From Burkholderiales bacterium (GTDB lineage: Bacteria > Pseudomonadota > Gammaproteobacteria > Burkholderiales > SG8-41): 64,000 bases of DNA. Each line of letters opens with the position of its first letter. The first letter of the stretch is position 1. The notes under the pieces are model-generated. The model saw only the letters and a program-made list of their open reading frames with translations. It searched no databases and was not told where the DNA came from. Both the position numbers and the translations under genes were made by a program. Below, piece after piece: positions 1-10,148 of the stretch. Location of the stretch: contig JAIETP010000008.1 in NCBI GenBank assembly GCA_019744975.1, forward strand, positions 73,144 to 137,143. Direction: 5' to 3'.

Positions 1-486
1 CCGGCCGAACCGTAGTTGAGCTGGCCCGGCGCGCGTTTGTCGAGCGCGATCAGTTCCTTGATGGTTTTGGCCGGAACCGAGGGATGTACAACCACGACGC
101 TGGGCACCGAAGCGGCGAGCGTGACCGGGACAAAATCGCGTTCGAGGCTGTAACTCAGCTTGCGGTACAGCGTTTCCGCGATGGTGTGGTGCACCGCGCC
201 CATGAACCAGGTGTAACCGTCGGCAGGGGCGCGCGATGCCGTGCCCGCACCGAGTGTGCCGCCGGCGCCGCCGAGGTTTTCAATCAGGATCTGCTGGCCC
301 AGATCGGCGGGCATGACGGCCGCAAGCGGTCGCGCAAAGGCGTCAGTGCCGCCCCCCGCCGGGAAAGGGTTGATGATGCGCACCGCACGGTTCGGCCAGT
401 TCTGCGCCGAGGCGGCACTGGAAAATGCCGCAACGCCAAGTGCCAATATTCCGAGAGCCACCAATTTCCTGTTTTTCTCCAACATG
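1..486 (-). CDS. Bug/TctC-family periplasmic substrate-binding protein (tripartite tricarboxylate transporter receptor); 3' end cut by window edge
   Basis: Own translation of the minus strand from the ATG (complement of 484-486): MLEKNRKLVALGILALGVAAFSSAASAQNWPNRAVRIINPFPAGGGTDAFARPLA...GYTWFMGAVHHTIAETLYRKLSY. It has a signal peptide plus the PFxAGGxxD motif shared with three paralogs in this window. It is missing from the ORF track because it runs off the edge. Confidence 0.85.
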
Positions 487-581
487 ATCTCCTCCGATCG
501 GTTTTGGTATGTGGTGGCCCATTTTATGGAACTTGCCGGTGCTTGTATATGCGGCGGAGGGCTTTTTGCAATGGCGGCATT

Positions 582-1001
582 TCAGGTCGGTGGCGGGGTG
601 GGTTCCTCGCGGTTGCGCATCCAGTCGGCGGTACCGAAAAAGGCTTTGAGCAGGCCGGCACGCAAGGGTTCGGCCACGCCGGTATCTTCCATGGCCTGGA
701 GCATGCAGGCCAGCCAGGCATCGCGCTCATGGATGCCGATAGCGAAAGGCAGGTGCCGCGCACGCAGCATCGGGTGGCCGTATTTTTCGACATACAGCGA
801 CGGGCCGCCGAGCCAGCCCGAGAGGAACAGGTGGAGTTTTTCGCGCGAGCCGGTGAGATCCTGCGGATGCAGCTTGCGGATGCCGTGGTATTCCGGCACC
901 TCGTCCATCAGATCGTAAAAACAGTCGACGAGACGCCGCAGGCCGGCATCGCCGCCGAGCAGGCCGTACGGCGTGTCGTCTGCCGGCGCCGGACTGCCCA
1001 T
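582..1001 (-). CDS. glbO: group II truncated (2-on-2) hemoglobin
   Basis: 139-aa ORF. The core GHPMLRARHLPFAIGIHERDAWLACM and its size match GlbO/YjbI-type truncated globins as I recall them. Confidence 0.8.
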   Translation of the reverse strand: MGSPAPADDTPYGLLGGDAGLRRLVDCFYDLMDEVPEYHGIRKLHPQDLTGSREKLHLFLSGWLGGPSLYVEKYGHPMLRARHLPFAIGIHERDAWLACMLQAMEDTGVAEPLRAGLLKAFFGTADWMRNREEPTPPPT

Positions 1002-1005
1002 GGCC

Positions 1006-2847
1006 TCAGGCGGCGGTGGCCTGTTCGGCCTTGTTCGCGCGTTTGCGGTCGTGTTCGTTCAGGTGGCGCTTGCGGATGCGGATCGACTTCGGCGTGATTT
1101 CGACCAGTTCATCATCGGCGATGAATTCGATCGCCGATTCGAGCGTGACCTGCACCGGCGGCACCAGGCGCACGGCCTCATCGGTGCCGGAGGCACGTAC
1201 GTTGGTCAGTTGTTTGCCCTTGATCGGATTGACGACGAGGTCGTTGTCGCGGCTGTGGATGCCGATGACGATGCCGGTGTAGAGCGGATCCCCGGGGCTG
1301 ACGAACATGCGGCCGCGCTCCTGCAGTTTCCACAGTGCGTAGGCGACCGCGGTGCCGTCCTCTGCGGAGATCAGCACGCCGTTGCGGCGTTCTTCCATGT
1401 CGGGTTTCATCGGACCGTAGTCGTCGAACACGTGGCTCATGATGCCGGTGCCGCGGGTCATGGTCATGAAGTCGGACTGGAATCCGATCAGGCCGCGCGC
1501 CGGGATGCGGTAATCGAGGCGCACGCGTCCTTTGCCGTCGGACTGCATGTCCTGCAGGTCACCGCGGCGCGTGCCCAGTGCTTCCATCACGGCGCCCTGA
1601 TTGGTTTCGTCGACATCGACGGTGAGCATCTCGTACGGCTCCTGTTTTTCACCGTTCACTTCGCGGATCACCACGCGCGGCCGTGACACCGCGAGTTCGT
1701 AGCCTTCGCGGCGCATGTTTTCGAGCAGGATGGTCAGGTGCAGTTCGCCGCGGCCCGAAACTTCGAATACGTCGGCATCGGCGGTTTCGACGACTTTGAG
1801 CGCGACGTTGCTCATGATTTCGCGCTGCAGGCGTTCGCGCAGCTGGCGGCTGGTGACATATTTGCCTTCACGTCCGGCGAGCGGCGAGGTATTGACCTGG
1901 AAATTCATGGTCAGCGTCGGCTCATCGACTTTCAGCATCGGCAGCGCGTCCAGGTGATCGGGATCGGTCAGCGTGATGCCGATGCCGACTTCATCAATGC
2001 CGTTGACCAGTACGATGTCACCGGCCTGGGCTTCAGTGATGATGACCCGCTCCAGGCCGCGGAAACCCAGCACCTGGTTGACTTTGGCCATCACCGGGGT
2101 TGAGCCGGGTCCTTTGAGCGCGGCAACCGACTGGCCGGGACGGATGCGGCCGCGGTTGACGCGGCCGATGCCGATTTTGCCGACGTAGCTGGAGTAATCG
2201 AGCGAGCAGATCTGCAGTTGCAGCGGGCCGTCAGGGTTGTCTTCCCGCATCGGCACGTGGGCGAGTATGGCTTCGAACAGCGGATCCAGCGTGCCTTCGC
2301 GGACCTCCGGGTCGTTGCCGGCATAACCATTCAGCGCCGAGGCATAGACCACGGGGAAATCGAGCTGGGCCTCGGTGGCGCCGAGTTTGTCGAATAAATC
2401 GAAAGTCTGGTTGACCACCCAGTCGGCGCGCGCGCCGGGGCGGTCCACCTTGTTGACCACCACGATGGGTTTGAGGCCGAGGGCCAGTGCCTTGCGGGTG
2501 ACAAAACGGGTCTGCGGCATCGGGCCTTCGACGGCATCGACCAGCAGCAGCACGCCGTCGACCATCGACAGCACGCGTTCGACTTCACCGCCGAAATCGG
2601 CATGACCGGGGGTGTCGACGATATTGATCAGCGTGTTTTTCCAAGTGACCGCACAGTTCTTGGCAAGAATGGTGATGCCGCGCTCGCGTTCAAGGTCGTT
2701 CGAATCCATTACGCGTTCGGCAATCTGCTCGTGTGCGGCGAAGGTGCCGGACTGGCGCAGCAGTTTGTCGACCAGCGTGGTTTTGCCGTGATCGACGTGG
2801 GCGATGATGGCGATGTTGCGTAGCGGGCGTTGCTCAGTGGCGGACAC
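1006..2847 (-). CDS. typA: translational GTPase TypA/BipA
   Basis: 613 aa. N-terminal G domain ([34 protein letters not shown]) with EF-G-like architecture and the typical TypA length. Confidence 0.96.
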   Translation of the reverse strand: MSATEQRPLRNIAIIAHVDHGKTTLVDKLLRQSGTFAAHEQIAERVMDSNDLERERGITILAKNCAVTWKNTLINIVDTPGHADFGGEVERVLSMVDGVLLLVDAVEGPMPQTRFVTRKALALGLKPIVVVNKVDRPGARADWVVNQTFDLFDKLGATEAQLDFPVVYASALNGYAGNDPEVREGTLDPLFEAILAHVPMREDNPDGPLQLQICSLDYSSYVGKIGIGRVNRGRIRPGQSVAALKGPGSTPVMAKVNQVLGFRGLERVIITEAQAGDIVLVNGIDEVGIGITLTDPDHLDALPMLKVDEPTLTMNFQVNTSPLAGREGKYVTSRQLRERLQREIMSNVALKVVETADADVFEVSGRGELHLTILLENMRREGYELAVSRPRVVIREVNGEKQEPYEMLTVDVDETNQGAVMEALGTRRGDLQDMQSDGKGRVRLDYRIPARGLIGFQSDFMTMTRGTGIMSHVFDDYGPMKPDMEERRNGVLISAEDGTAVAYALWKLQERGRMFVSPGDPLYTGIVIGIHSRDNDLVVNPIKGKQLTNVRASGTDEAVRLVPPVQVTLESAIEFIADDELVEITPKSIRIRKRHLNEHDRKRANKAEQATAA

Positions 2848-3298
2848 GGGATGGGGCCTTGAAAAAAGGGGCGGATTGTAGCATGCGCACCCCGCTATTA
2901 CCTTGAATTTTTTGGCTTTTCCCTGTCATAACGGCTTGTGCCGGGAGCCGCTTTCCTCTGGCGGGCCGGAAAAAACCTCGCTATTTCCGGCACTTGCAGG
3001 TATAGTGCGCGCACCTTGCAGCGATATTTCAGTCGTTGTGCGCTGCAGGATGCATCTGTCCCTGACCCCTTCGTTTTCAGCTCCCTTCTCTGAATAGCTG
3101 CTTCCGCCACGGTTAGCGACGATACCCGTGCGCCGGTGGCCGCAGCCGCGACTTGAAGTCGTGGCCCGCCTAAGCAGCAGTGGCATTTCCTGCGCGTTTT
3201 GTTGTTTATAGCTGAAAAAGCATTTTCGGCCACAGAGCTTATTGCCCTGTGCCTGAGTGTGTCGTTTTTCGGTTGTTCTGCTTATTGAAAGTACACTC

Positions 3299-4582
3299 AT
3301 GTCTTTTGCTTCATTGAATCTGAATCCCGCCATTGTGCAGGCCCTGGCCGCCGCGGGTTATACCGAACCGACACCGGTGCAGGCGCAGGCGATCCCCGCC
3401 GCGCTGACCGGTTTTGACCTGATGGTCTCCGCTCCCACCGGCACCGGCAAAACCGCAGCCTTCGTGCTGCCCGCGCTGCAGCGCCTGGCGCTGGCGCCGG
3501 TCAAAAACGGCCGTGGTCCGCGCGTGCTGGTGCTGACACCGACCCGCGAACTCGCGGTGCAGGTGACGGATGCCGTCGACAAATACTGCAAGTTCCTGCG
3601 CCACATGCGCACCGGCACCATATTGGGCGGCATGCCGTACCCGAAACAGCGCCGCCTGCTCGAGCAATCGCTCGACGTGCTGGTGGCGACGCCGGGCCGT
3701 CTGATTGATTTCATCGACCAGGGCAAGGTTGATTTTTCGCGCCTCGAACTGCTGGTGCTCGACGAAGCCGACCGCATGCTCGACATGGGTTTTATCGAGC
3801 CGGTCAAACGTATTGCCGCGAAAACCCCGGGCAATCGCCAGACCATGCTGTTTTCGGCGACGCTCGACGGCAATATCGCCAAACTGGGCCGCGAACTGCT
3901 GCGCGATCCGAAACTGATCGCAGTGTCCGCGCCCAAGGCGCAGCACGAAAACATCCTGCAGCGCCTGCACTATGTCGATGACGGCAGCCACAAACATCGC
4001 CTGCTCGACCACGTGCTGCGTTCGGAGGAATGCCAAGCGCAGTCCATCGTCTTCACCGCGACCAAACACGGTGCGGATCGTCTGGCGGATAAACTGTTCC
4101 ACGCCGGGCACGAAGCCGCTGCCCTGCACGGCAACATGAACCAGTCGCAACGCAATCGCACGCTGGCGCGCCTGCGCAGCGGCGCGGTCAAAGTGCTGGT
4201 GGCCACCGATGTCGCCGCGCGCGGCATCGACGTCGCCAGCATCTCGCATGTGTTCAATTACGATCTGCCGAAAGTGGCTGAAGACTACGTGCACCGCATC
4301 GGCCGCACCGGCCGCGCCGGCGCCACCGGCACGGCGATTTCATTCGCCTCTTCCGAGGACGTGCGCCAGTTGAAGCAGATCGAGCATTACATCGGCCGTA
4401 CCATCGAACGCTGGAGCGTGCCGGGTTTTGAAGCAAAGAACCCGATTCGCAGCGACAGCGGCGGTGGCAAACGCAGCGGTCGTCCGGCACCGCGCCGCGG
4501 CGCGCCGCCTTCGCGTGACGCGCGCGGTCGCGGCGGTTTCCGTTCGGACAACAACCGGCGCAGTGCCGGCGGTTCGCGCTAA
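3299..4582 (+). CDS. rhlE: ATP-dependent DEAD-box RNA helicase (RhlE-like) with Arg/Gly-rich C-terminal tail
   Basis: Motifs APTGTGKTAAF, DEAD (LVLDEADRMLDMGF), SAT and HRIGRTGRAG are present. I prefer the start at ATG 3299 (MSFASLNL) over the track start at 3257. Confidence 0.92.
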   Translation: MSFASLNLNPAIVQALAAAGYTEPTPVQAQAIPAALTGFDLMVSAPTGTGKTAAFVLPALQRLALAPVKNGRGPRVLVLTPTRELAVQVTDAVDKYCKFLRHMRTGTILGGMPYPKQRRLLEQSLDVLVATPGRLIDFIDQGKVDFSRLELLVLDEADRMLDMGFIEPVKRIAAKTPGNRQTMLFSATLDGNIAKLGRELLRDPKLIAVSAPKAQHENILQRLHYVDDGSHKHRLLDHVLRSEECQAQSIVFTATKHGADRLADKLFHAGHEAAALHGNMNQSQRNRTLARLRSGAVKVLVATDVAARGIDVASISHVFNYDLPKVAEDYVHRIGRTGRAGATGTAISFASSEDVRQLKQIEHYIGRTIERWSVPGFEAKNPIRSDSGGGKRSGRPAPRRGAPPSRDARGRGGFRSDNNRRSAGGSR

Positions 4583-4637
4583 GCGCGGCTGCAACTCATC
4601 AGTAGTATTGTGACGGTGTGAGGCCATCCCGTTGCGG

Positions 4638-4672
4638 CGACGCGCGACAGACAGTTTGTCGCGCGTCGTTTT
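4638..4672 (+). terminator. rho-independent terminator after rhlE
   Basis: Perfect 12-bp stem, cgacgcgcgaca (4638-4649) paired with tgtcgcgcgtcg (4657-4668), with a 7-nt loop followed by TTTT. Confidence 0.7.
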
Positions 4673-4721
4673 ACAATGACTGTGCAGCCAAATTAAAATT
4701 TATTTTTCATTAGGAATCAAT

Positions 4722-5690
4722 ATGTTACGTTTAATCGCTGTGGTTTCTGCAGTGTTTGTGACCGTGACTGGCGCCGTTGCCCAGGACTATCCGACGCGAC
4801 CGGTTTCACTGGTTGTTCCGTTCGCGGCGGGTGGTCCGACCGATACGCTGGCGCGCAGTCTGGCGCAGCAAATGACCAAGACCATGAAGCAGCAGGTCAT
4901 CGTCGAGAACCGCCCCGGCGCCGGCGGCACGCTGGCCCCCGCGGTCATCGCCAAGTCCAAGCCTGAGGGTTATCAGGTGCTGATCGCCCATATCGGCATG
5001 TCCACCGCGCCGGCGCTGTACCGCAAACTGCCGTTCAATCCACTGACCGACTTTGAATTCATCGGTCAGGTGGCCGATGTGCCGATGACGCTGATTGCGC
5101 GCACCGGCCTGCCGCCCGACAACTACAAGGACTTCGTCGCCTACGTGAAGGCGAACAAGGACAAGCTGAACATGGGTAATGCAGGGCTCGGCGCGGCATC
5201 GCATCTGTGCGGCCTGCTGTTCATGTCGCGCATCGAATCTGATATCCAGACCATTCCCTATACCGGGACCGGTCCGGCGATGTCGGCGCTGATGGGCAAT
5301 CAGGTCGACCTGATGTGCGACCAGACCACCAATACCACCGGCGCGATCCAGTCCGGCAGAGTCAAGGTGTTCGGCGTGACCACCAAGAAGCGGGTGCCCT
5401 CCCTGCAATATGTGCCGACGCTGCACGAGCAGGGGCTGAAAGACTTTGAAGTTGCCGTCTGGCACGGGCTTTATGTCGCGAAAGGCACGCCCAAACCGGT
5501 GCTCGACAAACTGAATGCGGCACTGGTGGCCGCGATCAAGGATCCGCAATTCAAGGAATCGCTGGCGAAACTCGGCGCCGAACCGGTAACGCCGGATCGC
5601 GCGACGCCCGAGTCGCTGGCGAAACACCTGAAGGCTGAAATCGACAAGTGGGGCCCGATCATCAAGAAAGCCGGTATCTACGCCGACTGA
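4722..5690 (+). CDS. Bug/TctC-family periplasmic substrate-binding protein
   Basis: 322 aa with a signal peptide. YPTRPVSLVVPFAAGGPTDTLAR and the usual ~320-aa Bug size. Confidence 0.9.
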   Translation: MLRLIAVVSAVFVTVTGAVAQDYPTRPVSLVVPFAAGGPTDTLARSLAQQMTKTMKQQVIVENRPGAGGTLAPAVIAKSKPEGYQVLIAHIGMSTAPALYRKLPFNPLTDFEFIGQVADVPMTLIARTGLPPDNYKDFVAYVKANKDKLNMGNAGLGAASHLCGLLFMSRIESDIQTIPYTGTGPAMSALMGNQVDLMCDQTTNTTGAIQSGRVKVFGVTTKKRVPSLQYVPTLHEQGLKDFEVAVWHGLYVAKGTPKPVLDKLNAALVAAIKDPQFKESLAKLGAEPVTPDRATPESLAKHLKAEIDKWGPIIKKAGIYAD

Positions 5691-5714
5691 TTCGCGTTTC
5701 CGCCTGTTTATCAA

Positions 5715-5749
5715 ATCCCCCGCTGCCGCAAGGCGCCGGGGGATTTTTT
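5715..5749 (+). terminator. rho-independent terminator after the Bug gene
   Basis: Stem atcccccg (5715-5722) paired with cgggggat (5737-5744), followed by a run of six T. Confidence 0.65.
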
Positions 5750-5773
5750 CGTCTGCAGGCGGGCTTCTGCGCA

Positions 5774-5802
5774 TTGATTTTCGCGCATGCTGCCATTACA
5801 GT
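5774..5802 (+). promoter_or_regulatory. candidate sigma-70 promoter for the coxG-led operon
   Basis: TTGATT (5774-5779), a 17-nt spacer, then TACAGT (5797-5802), about 30 nt upstream of the coxG-like start. Pattern match only. Confidence 0.3.
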
Positions 5803-5831
5803 AGCCCGCTTTTGGTGCAACAAGACAAACA

Positions 5832-6290
5832 ATGAAATTCAGCGGGGAGATTGCGGTTGCGGCACCGCGCGAGGCCGTGTTCGCGAAACTGCAGGACATC
5901 CGGTTTTTTGCGTCCTGCATTGACGGTGTGCGCGATCTGACGCCACTCGACGGGCGGCGCTTCGATGCCGTTCTCGAAACCAGGGTCGCCTACATGACCT
6001 TCAAATTCAAGGTCAACGTGGAGTTGACCGAGGTGGTGTCGCCGGAGCTGATCGCGGCCAAAATCGAAGGCGCGCCGATGGGGCTGGTCGGGCGGTTGAC
6101 CGCGACTTCATCCACGCGGTTGATTGCGGCGGGTGACCACACCACCATCCAGTATGAAATCGATAGCGCGCTGACCGGCAAGCTGGGCAGCATCGGCCAG
6201 CCGGTACTGAAAGCCAAAGCCCGCGACATGGAAAAACAGTTTGCGAAAAATCTGGGCGCGGCCTTTGCGACTGCGCAGGGGGCGGCATGA
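5832..6290 (+). CDS. CoxG-like SRPBCC protein (carbon monoxide dehydrogenase subunit G family)
   Basis: 152 aa. It is the first gene of a Mo-hydroxylase operon and its 3' end overlaps the next gene (ATGA). Sequence and size are typical of CoxG/PF06240 as I recall it. Confidence 0.75.
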   Translation: MKFSGEIAVAAPREAVFAKLQDIRFFASCIDGVRDLTPLDGRRFDAVLETRVAYMTFKFKVNVELTEVVSPELIAAKIEGAPMGLVGRLTATSSTRLIAAGDHTTIQYEIDSALTGKLGSIGQPVLKAKARDMEKQFAKNLGAAFATAQGAA

Positions 6291-7144
6291 TTCCGTTTGA
6301 ACTGGCTGAACCGCGCACTTTGAAGGCGGCGATGAAGCTGCTGGACGCCGGTGATGAGTCGGTGCGTGTTTTTGGCGGCGGTACCGCACTGATGCTGATG
6401 ATGAAGGCCGGTGTGTTCCAGCCGACGCGGCTGATCAGCCTGCGCGGCATTGAAAAGCGTTATGCCAAGGTGACGTCCGGGCAGGACGGCAGCCTGCACA
6501 TCGGTGCGCTGGTGACCCTGAGCGCGCTGGGCCGCACTGCTGCGGTCAAAAAACGCGCGCCGGTGATCATCGATACGCTGCGCACCCTGTCCAACGTGCG
6601 TATACGCAATGTTGCCACCCTTGGCGGCCATCTCGCGCATGCCGATCCGCACATGGATCTGCCGCCGGTGCTGATGGCCCTGGATGCGCAGGTAATCACT
6701 GCGGCGACCTCTGGCGCGCGCACCCTGGCCGTGGCTGATCTCTTTACCGGTTATTACGAAACCGCATTGGCGCGGAACGAGTTGATCAGCGAGGTGATCG
6801 TGCCGGCGCAGTCCGGACGGCGCTCGGCTTATGTCAAGCTGACCACGCGCGCCGCGGATGACTGGCCGACGCTGGGTATCGCAGTGTCCCTGCAGATGAA
6901 TGGTGACACGGTGCAGGACGCGCGTTTCGTGGTCAGTGCCGCCACCGAAAAACCATTACGATTGCCGGGTGCCGAAGCCGTGCTGCACGGCGCGACCATC
7001 AGCGATGCCATGCTGGCGCGTGTTGGCGAGGCGGCTGCGGTTGAAGCGGAACTGACGGGTGATGCCCGTGGTTCGGCGGCCTATAAAACAGAACTGCTGC
7101 GGGTTCATGCGGGCCGTGCAGTACGCAAGGCGCTGGCCGCCTGA
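6287..7144 (+). CDS. xanthine dehydrogenase-family FAD-binding (medium, CoxM-like) subunit
   Basis: 285 aa. FGGGTALMLMMK and NVATLGGHLAHADP are typical of the FAD-binding subunit. Its position is between the CoxG-like and large-subunit genes. Confidence 0.88.
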   Translation: MIPFELAEPRTLKAAMKLLDAGDESVRVFGGGTALMLMMKAGVFQPTRLISLRGIEKRYAKVTSGQDGSLHIGALVTLSALGRTAAVKKRAPVIIDTLRTLSNVRIRNVATLGGHLAHADPHMDLPPVLMALDAQVITAATSGARTLAVADLFTGYYETALARNELISEVIVPAQSGRRSAYVKLTTRAADDWPTLGIAVSLQMNGDTVQDARFVVSAATEKPLRLPGAEAVLHGATISDAMLARVGEAAAVEAELTGDARGSAAYKTELLRVHAGRAVRKALAA

Positions 7145-7165
7145 GCCGATTCCAGAGGAACGATT

Positions 7166-9472
7166 GTGGCCATCACATTAGGCAAGAACAACAGCGGCGC
7201 GGCCGAATTTTCGTCAGTCGGTCACTCGATTCCCCGCGTCGAAGCGCGCGCCAAGGTCACCGGCAAAGCGGAATATGTGCACAACCTGCGGCTGCCCGGC
7301 ATGTTGTACGGCAGGATCCATCGCAGCACGGTGGCGCATGCGCGCCTGCTCAGTGTCGATGTTGCGGCAGCGCAGGCGATGCCCGGCGTTTATGCTGTGT
7401 ATACCGCGGCTGACATTATCAAACTGATTCCCGAGCCTTTTTACGGCCCGGCCTTCCACGACCAGCCGATTCTGGCGATCGACAAGGTGCATTACGTCGG
7501 TGAACCGGTGGCGCTGGTGCTGGCTGCTGATCCGCATGTCGCCGAGGCGGCGGCGCAGTTGATCGTTGCCGAATACGAAGAATTGCCGGCGGTGTTCGAT
7601 GAAGTCGAGGCAATGAACTCGAAAGCCGTGGTGCATGAGGTGCTGAAGCCGGCGGGTACTTTCCCCGACCTGAAACACCTCAAAGACAAACGCGACACCA
7701 ACATCGCGCTGGATTTTCATCTGCGCCGCGGTGATGCGCAGAAGGCCTTCGCCGAGGCCGACCAGGTGTTTGAGCATACTTTCCGCACCCAGCAGGTGCT
7801 GCATCTGCCGCTGGAACCTTTTGTCACGGTCGCTGACCCCACGCCGAACCAACTGGTGATTCACACCGCCTCGCAAAGCCCTTCATTTGTGCGCATCGAA
7901 ATCGCGCGGCTCCTCGGCTGGCCGGAAAACAGGGTGCGGGTCAAGGTGCCGTACCTGGGCGGGGGTTTCGGCGCCAAGCTTTATATCAAGCTCGAAGCGC
8001 TGGTATCGGCGGCGGCGCTGATCGCCGGACGGCCGGTGAAGATTGCGCTGACCATGGAAGAGCAGTTCTACACGCTGACCAAACACGCGACGACTCTGCG
8101 CATCAAGAGCGGCGTCAGCCGGGACGGGAAAATCACCGCGCGCGAATGCGAGGTGTGGTGGAACGGCGGCGCCTATGCCGACATCGGGCCGCGCATCACG
8201 CAGAAATCAGGTTTCACCGCGGCGGGGCCGTACGACATCGACCATGTCAGCATCGACTCCTATGCGCTGTACACCAACCTGCCGCCGGCCGGTGCGCTGC
8301 GCGGCTTCGGCATACCGCAACTGGTGTGGGCCTACGAAAGCCACACCGACATGATCGCCAAGGCGCTGAACATCGACCCGCTGGCGATCCGCCGCAAGAA
8401 CATCCTGCGCGAAGGGCGCCCGCAGGCCACCGGCACACTGATGCGCGACGCCGGTATAGAGCCGGTGCTGGAGCGTCTGGCAAAACGTATGGCCTGGGAA
8501 AAAGCCTTCGACCACGGCAGCGGCACCATCCGCCGCGGCCGCGGCATCGCCATCGGCTTCAAGGCGAGCATTTCGCCGACGACCTCGGTGGCCATCGTCA
8601 ACGTCGGCGCCGACGGCAGCTGCATGGTCCATTGCAGTACGGTCGACATGGGGCAGGGCTCGGATACCGCCATGGCGCAGATCGTCGCGGAAGCGCTGGG
8701 CATCCCGGTCGATTCTGTGACGCTGGTGCATCCCGATACCGATGTCACACCCTACGACATGGCGACGCTGGGTTCGCGATCGACCTACCACATGGGCCAT
8801 GCCGTCAAACTCGCCGCCGAGGATGCGCGCGACAAACTGCTGCAACTGGCGCGTGACGTCGGCCTGTCGGCGGAAACCACGCCGATCCCGGATATTTTCC
8901 GCAAGAAATACGGCATGCAGGCCGGCAACATCGTCGGCATCGGCAGTTTTATTCCGCCGTATACGCCGCCGGAGCCGGGCACCGGACTGACCACCGATGC
9001 GACGCCATTCTGGATGATCGGCGCCACCGGTGCCGAAGTTGAAGTCGATACCGAAACCGGTGAATTCAAGATCACGCGACTGGTGAACCTGGTCGACGTA
9101 GGCCGTCCGGTGAATCCGGCCATCGTCGAAACCCAGATTTCCGGCGCGACCATCATGCAGTTGGGTTTCACGCTGTCCGAACGCATGGATTTTGATGCCG
9201 GGCAGGTGACCAATGCGTCGCTGGCGGATTACAAGATCCCCGGCATCCGCGACATACCGCCAATCATGGAAAACGAAGCCGTCGACATGGTGCAGAAGTC
9301 CGGTCCCTTTGGCGCCAAGGGTGTTGGCGAAAGCGGCACTTTTGGCGTATCACCGGCGATTGCCAGCGCCATTGATGATGCGGTCGGTGTGCGGCTGACC
9401 AGCCTGCCGCTGACGGCAGAGGCGGTTTACCGCGGGTTGCGCGCGAATGCGGGCAAGCCGTTACGGGATTAA
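7166..9472 (+). CDS. xanthine dehydrogenase/aldehyde oxidase-family molybdopterin-binding large (CoxL-like) subunit
   Basis: 768 aa with a GTG start after a GAGGAA ribosome-binding site. It has GGGFGAK, ALRGFGIPQ (not the CODH AYxCSFR loop) and the C-terminal catalytic GAKGVGESG. Confidence 0.92.
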   Translation: MAITLGKNNSGAAEFSSVGHSIPRVEARAKVTGKAEYVHNLRLPGMLYGRIHRSTVAHARLLSVDVAAAQAMPGVYAVYTAADIIKLIPEPFYGPAFHDQPILAIDKVHYVGEPVALVLAADPHVAEAAAQLIVAEYEELPAVFDEVEAMNSKAVVHEVLKPAGTFPDLKHLKDKRDTNIALDFHLRRGDAQKAFAEADQVFEHTFRTQQVLHLPLEPFVTVADPTPNQLVIHTASQSPSFVRIEIARLLGWPENRVRVKVPYLGGGFGAKLYIKLEALVSAAALIAGRPVKIALTMEEQFYTLTKHATTLRIKSGVSRDGKITARECEVWWNGGAYADIGPRITQKSGFTAAGPYDIDHVSIDSYALYTNLPPAGALRGFGIPQLVWAYESHTDMIAKALNIDPLAIRRKNILREGRPQATGTLMRDAGIEPVLERLAKRMAWEKAFDHGSGTIRRGRGIAIGFKASISPTTSVAIVNVGADGSCMVHCSTVDMGQGSDTAMAQIVAEALGIPVDSVTLVHPDTDVTPYDMATLGSRSTYHMGHAVKLAAEDARDKLLQLARDVGLSAETTPIPDIFRKKYGMQAGNIVGIGSFIPPYTPPEPGTGLTTDATPFWMIGATGAEVEVDTETGEFKITRLVNLVDVGRPVNPAIVETQISGATIMQLGFTLSERMDFDAGQVTNASLADYKIPGIRDIPPIMENEAVDMVQKSGPFGAKGVGESGTFGVSPAIASAIDDAVGVRLTSLPLTAEAVYRGLRANAGKPLRD

Positions 9473-9484
9473 CTTCAAAAACAT

Positions 9485-9658
9485 TAGCCACAGAGATCAC
9501 AGACAACTGCAAAATCAATTTACAGGATGTACAGGATGTACAGGATGTACAGGATGCACAGGATCAATAACAGGATAGGCGGAAGAATCGATTCATTGTT
9601 TTTATCCTGATCATCCTGTACATCCTGTTAAATAGTTTTTTATGTTCTCTGTGGCCAA
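9485..9658. repeat. AT-rich nested palindromic (MITE-like) element with tandem 9-mers
   Basis: 10-bp terminal inverted repeat: gccacagaga (9487-9496) versus tctctgtggc (9647-9656). TACAGGATG occurs four times perfectly (9521-9556) plus degenerate copies to 9577. The inverted partner is tatcctgatcatcctgtacatcctgtta (9603-9630). Confidence 0.85.
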
Positions 9659-9675
9659 GGTTTTGACTTTTAACT

Positions 9676-10146
9676 ATGCAAACACATCGTACGATTACAT
9701 TTACTCTGAACGGCCGCCCGATCACGGCACATGCCGGCAACCATCAGAATCTGGTTGAGCTGCTGCAGGGGCAGGGCCTGTACGGTGCGCGCGAGAGCTG
9801 CGGGCAGGGGCTGTGCGGCTGCTGCACGGTGGTGGTCAATGGCACGGCGGTGACGGGTTGTCTGACCATGGCGACGCTGGTTGATGGTGCCGATGTGCGT
9901 ACCATCGAGGACAGTGATGGCGGTCAGCTCGATGCTGTGCAGCAGGCGTTCATCGAGACCGGCGCTTTTCAGTGCGGCTTCTGCACCCCCGGCTTCATCC
10001 TGATGACGCGGCAGTTGCTGGACGCGCATCCGAATCCGACTGAAGACGAAATCCGTCATTACCTCGCGGGCAATCTGTGCCGCTGCGCGGCTTATACTGA
10101 AATCATCAAGGCCGTGCGCTTGGCGGCGAAAAAACGCAAGGGCTGA
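9676..10146 (+). CDS. (2Fe-2S)-binding small (CoxS-like) subunit of the Mo-hydroxylase
   Basis: 156 aa. It carries the CGQGLCGCC and QCGFCTPG...CRC cysteine clusters typical of the two [2Fe-2S] domains. Confidence 0.92.
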   Translation: MQTHRTITFTLNGRPITAHAGNHQNLVELLQGQGLYGARESCGQGLCGCCTVVVNGTAVTGCLTMATLVDGADVRTIEDSDGGQLDAVQQAFIETGAFQCGFCTPGFILMTRQLLDAHPNPTEDEIRHYLAGNLCRCAAYTEIIKAVRLAAKKRKG

Positions 10147-10148
10147 CC

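Noticed and set aside
84-1097. 337-aa + strand ORF (also 241..918 and 524..793).
   Set aside because: It is antisense to the Bug gene (1-486) and to glbO. It is Arg/Gly/Ala/His-rich with no recognisable family. This is a typical shadow ORF in high-GC DNA.
3311-4294. 327-aa minus-strand ORF.
   Set aside because: It lies entirely antisense to the well-supported DEAD-box helicase gene and has shadow-ORF composition.
4806-5774. 322-aa minus-strand ORF.
   Set aside because: It is an antisense mirror of the Bug/TctC gene at 4722..5690, with no family resemblance.
9521-9577. Possible CRISPR array.
   Set aside because: The units are 9 bp, directly abutting and without spacers, and no cas genes are present. 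It is a microsatellite-like tandem repeat inside a palindromic element.
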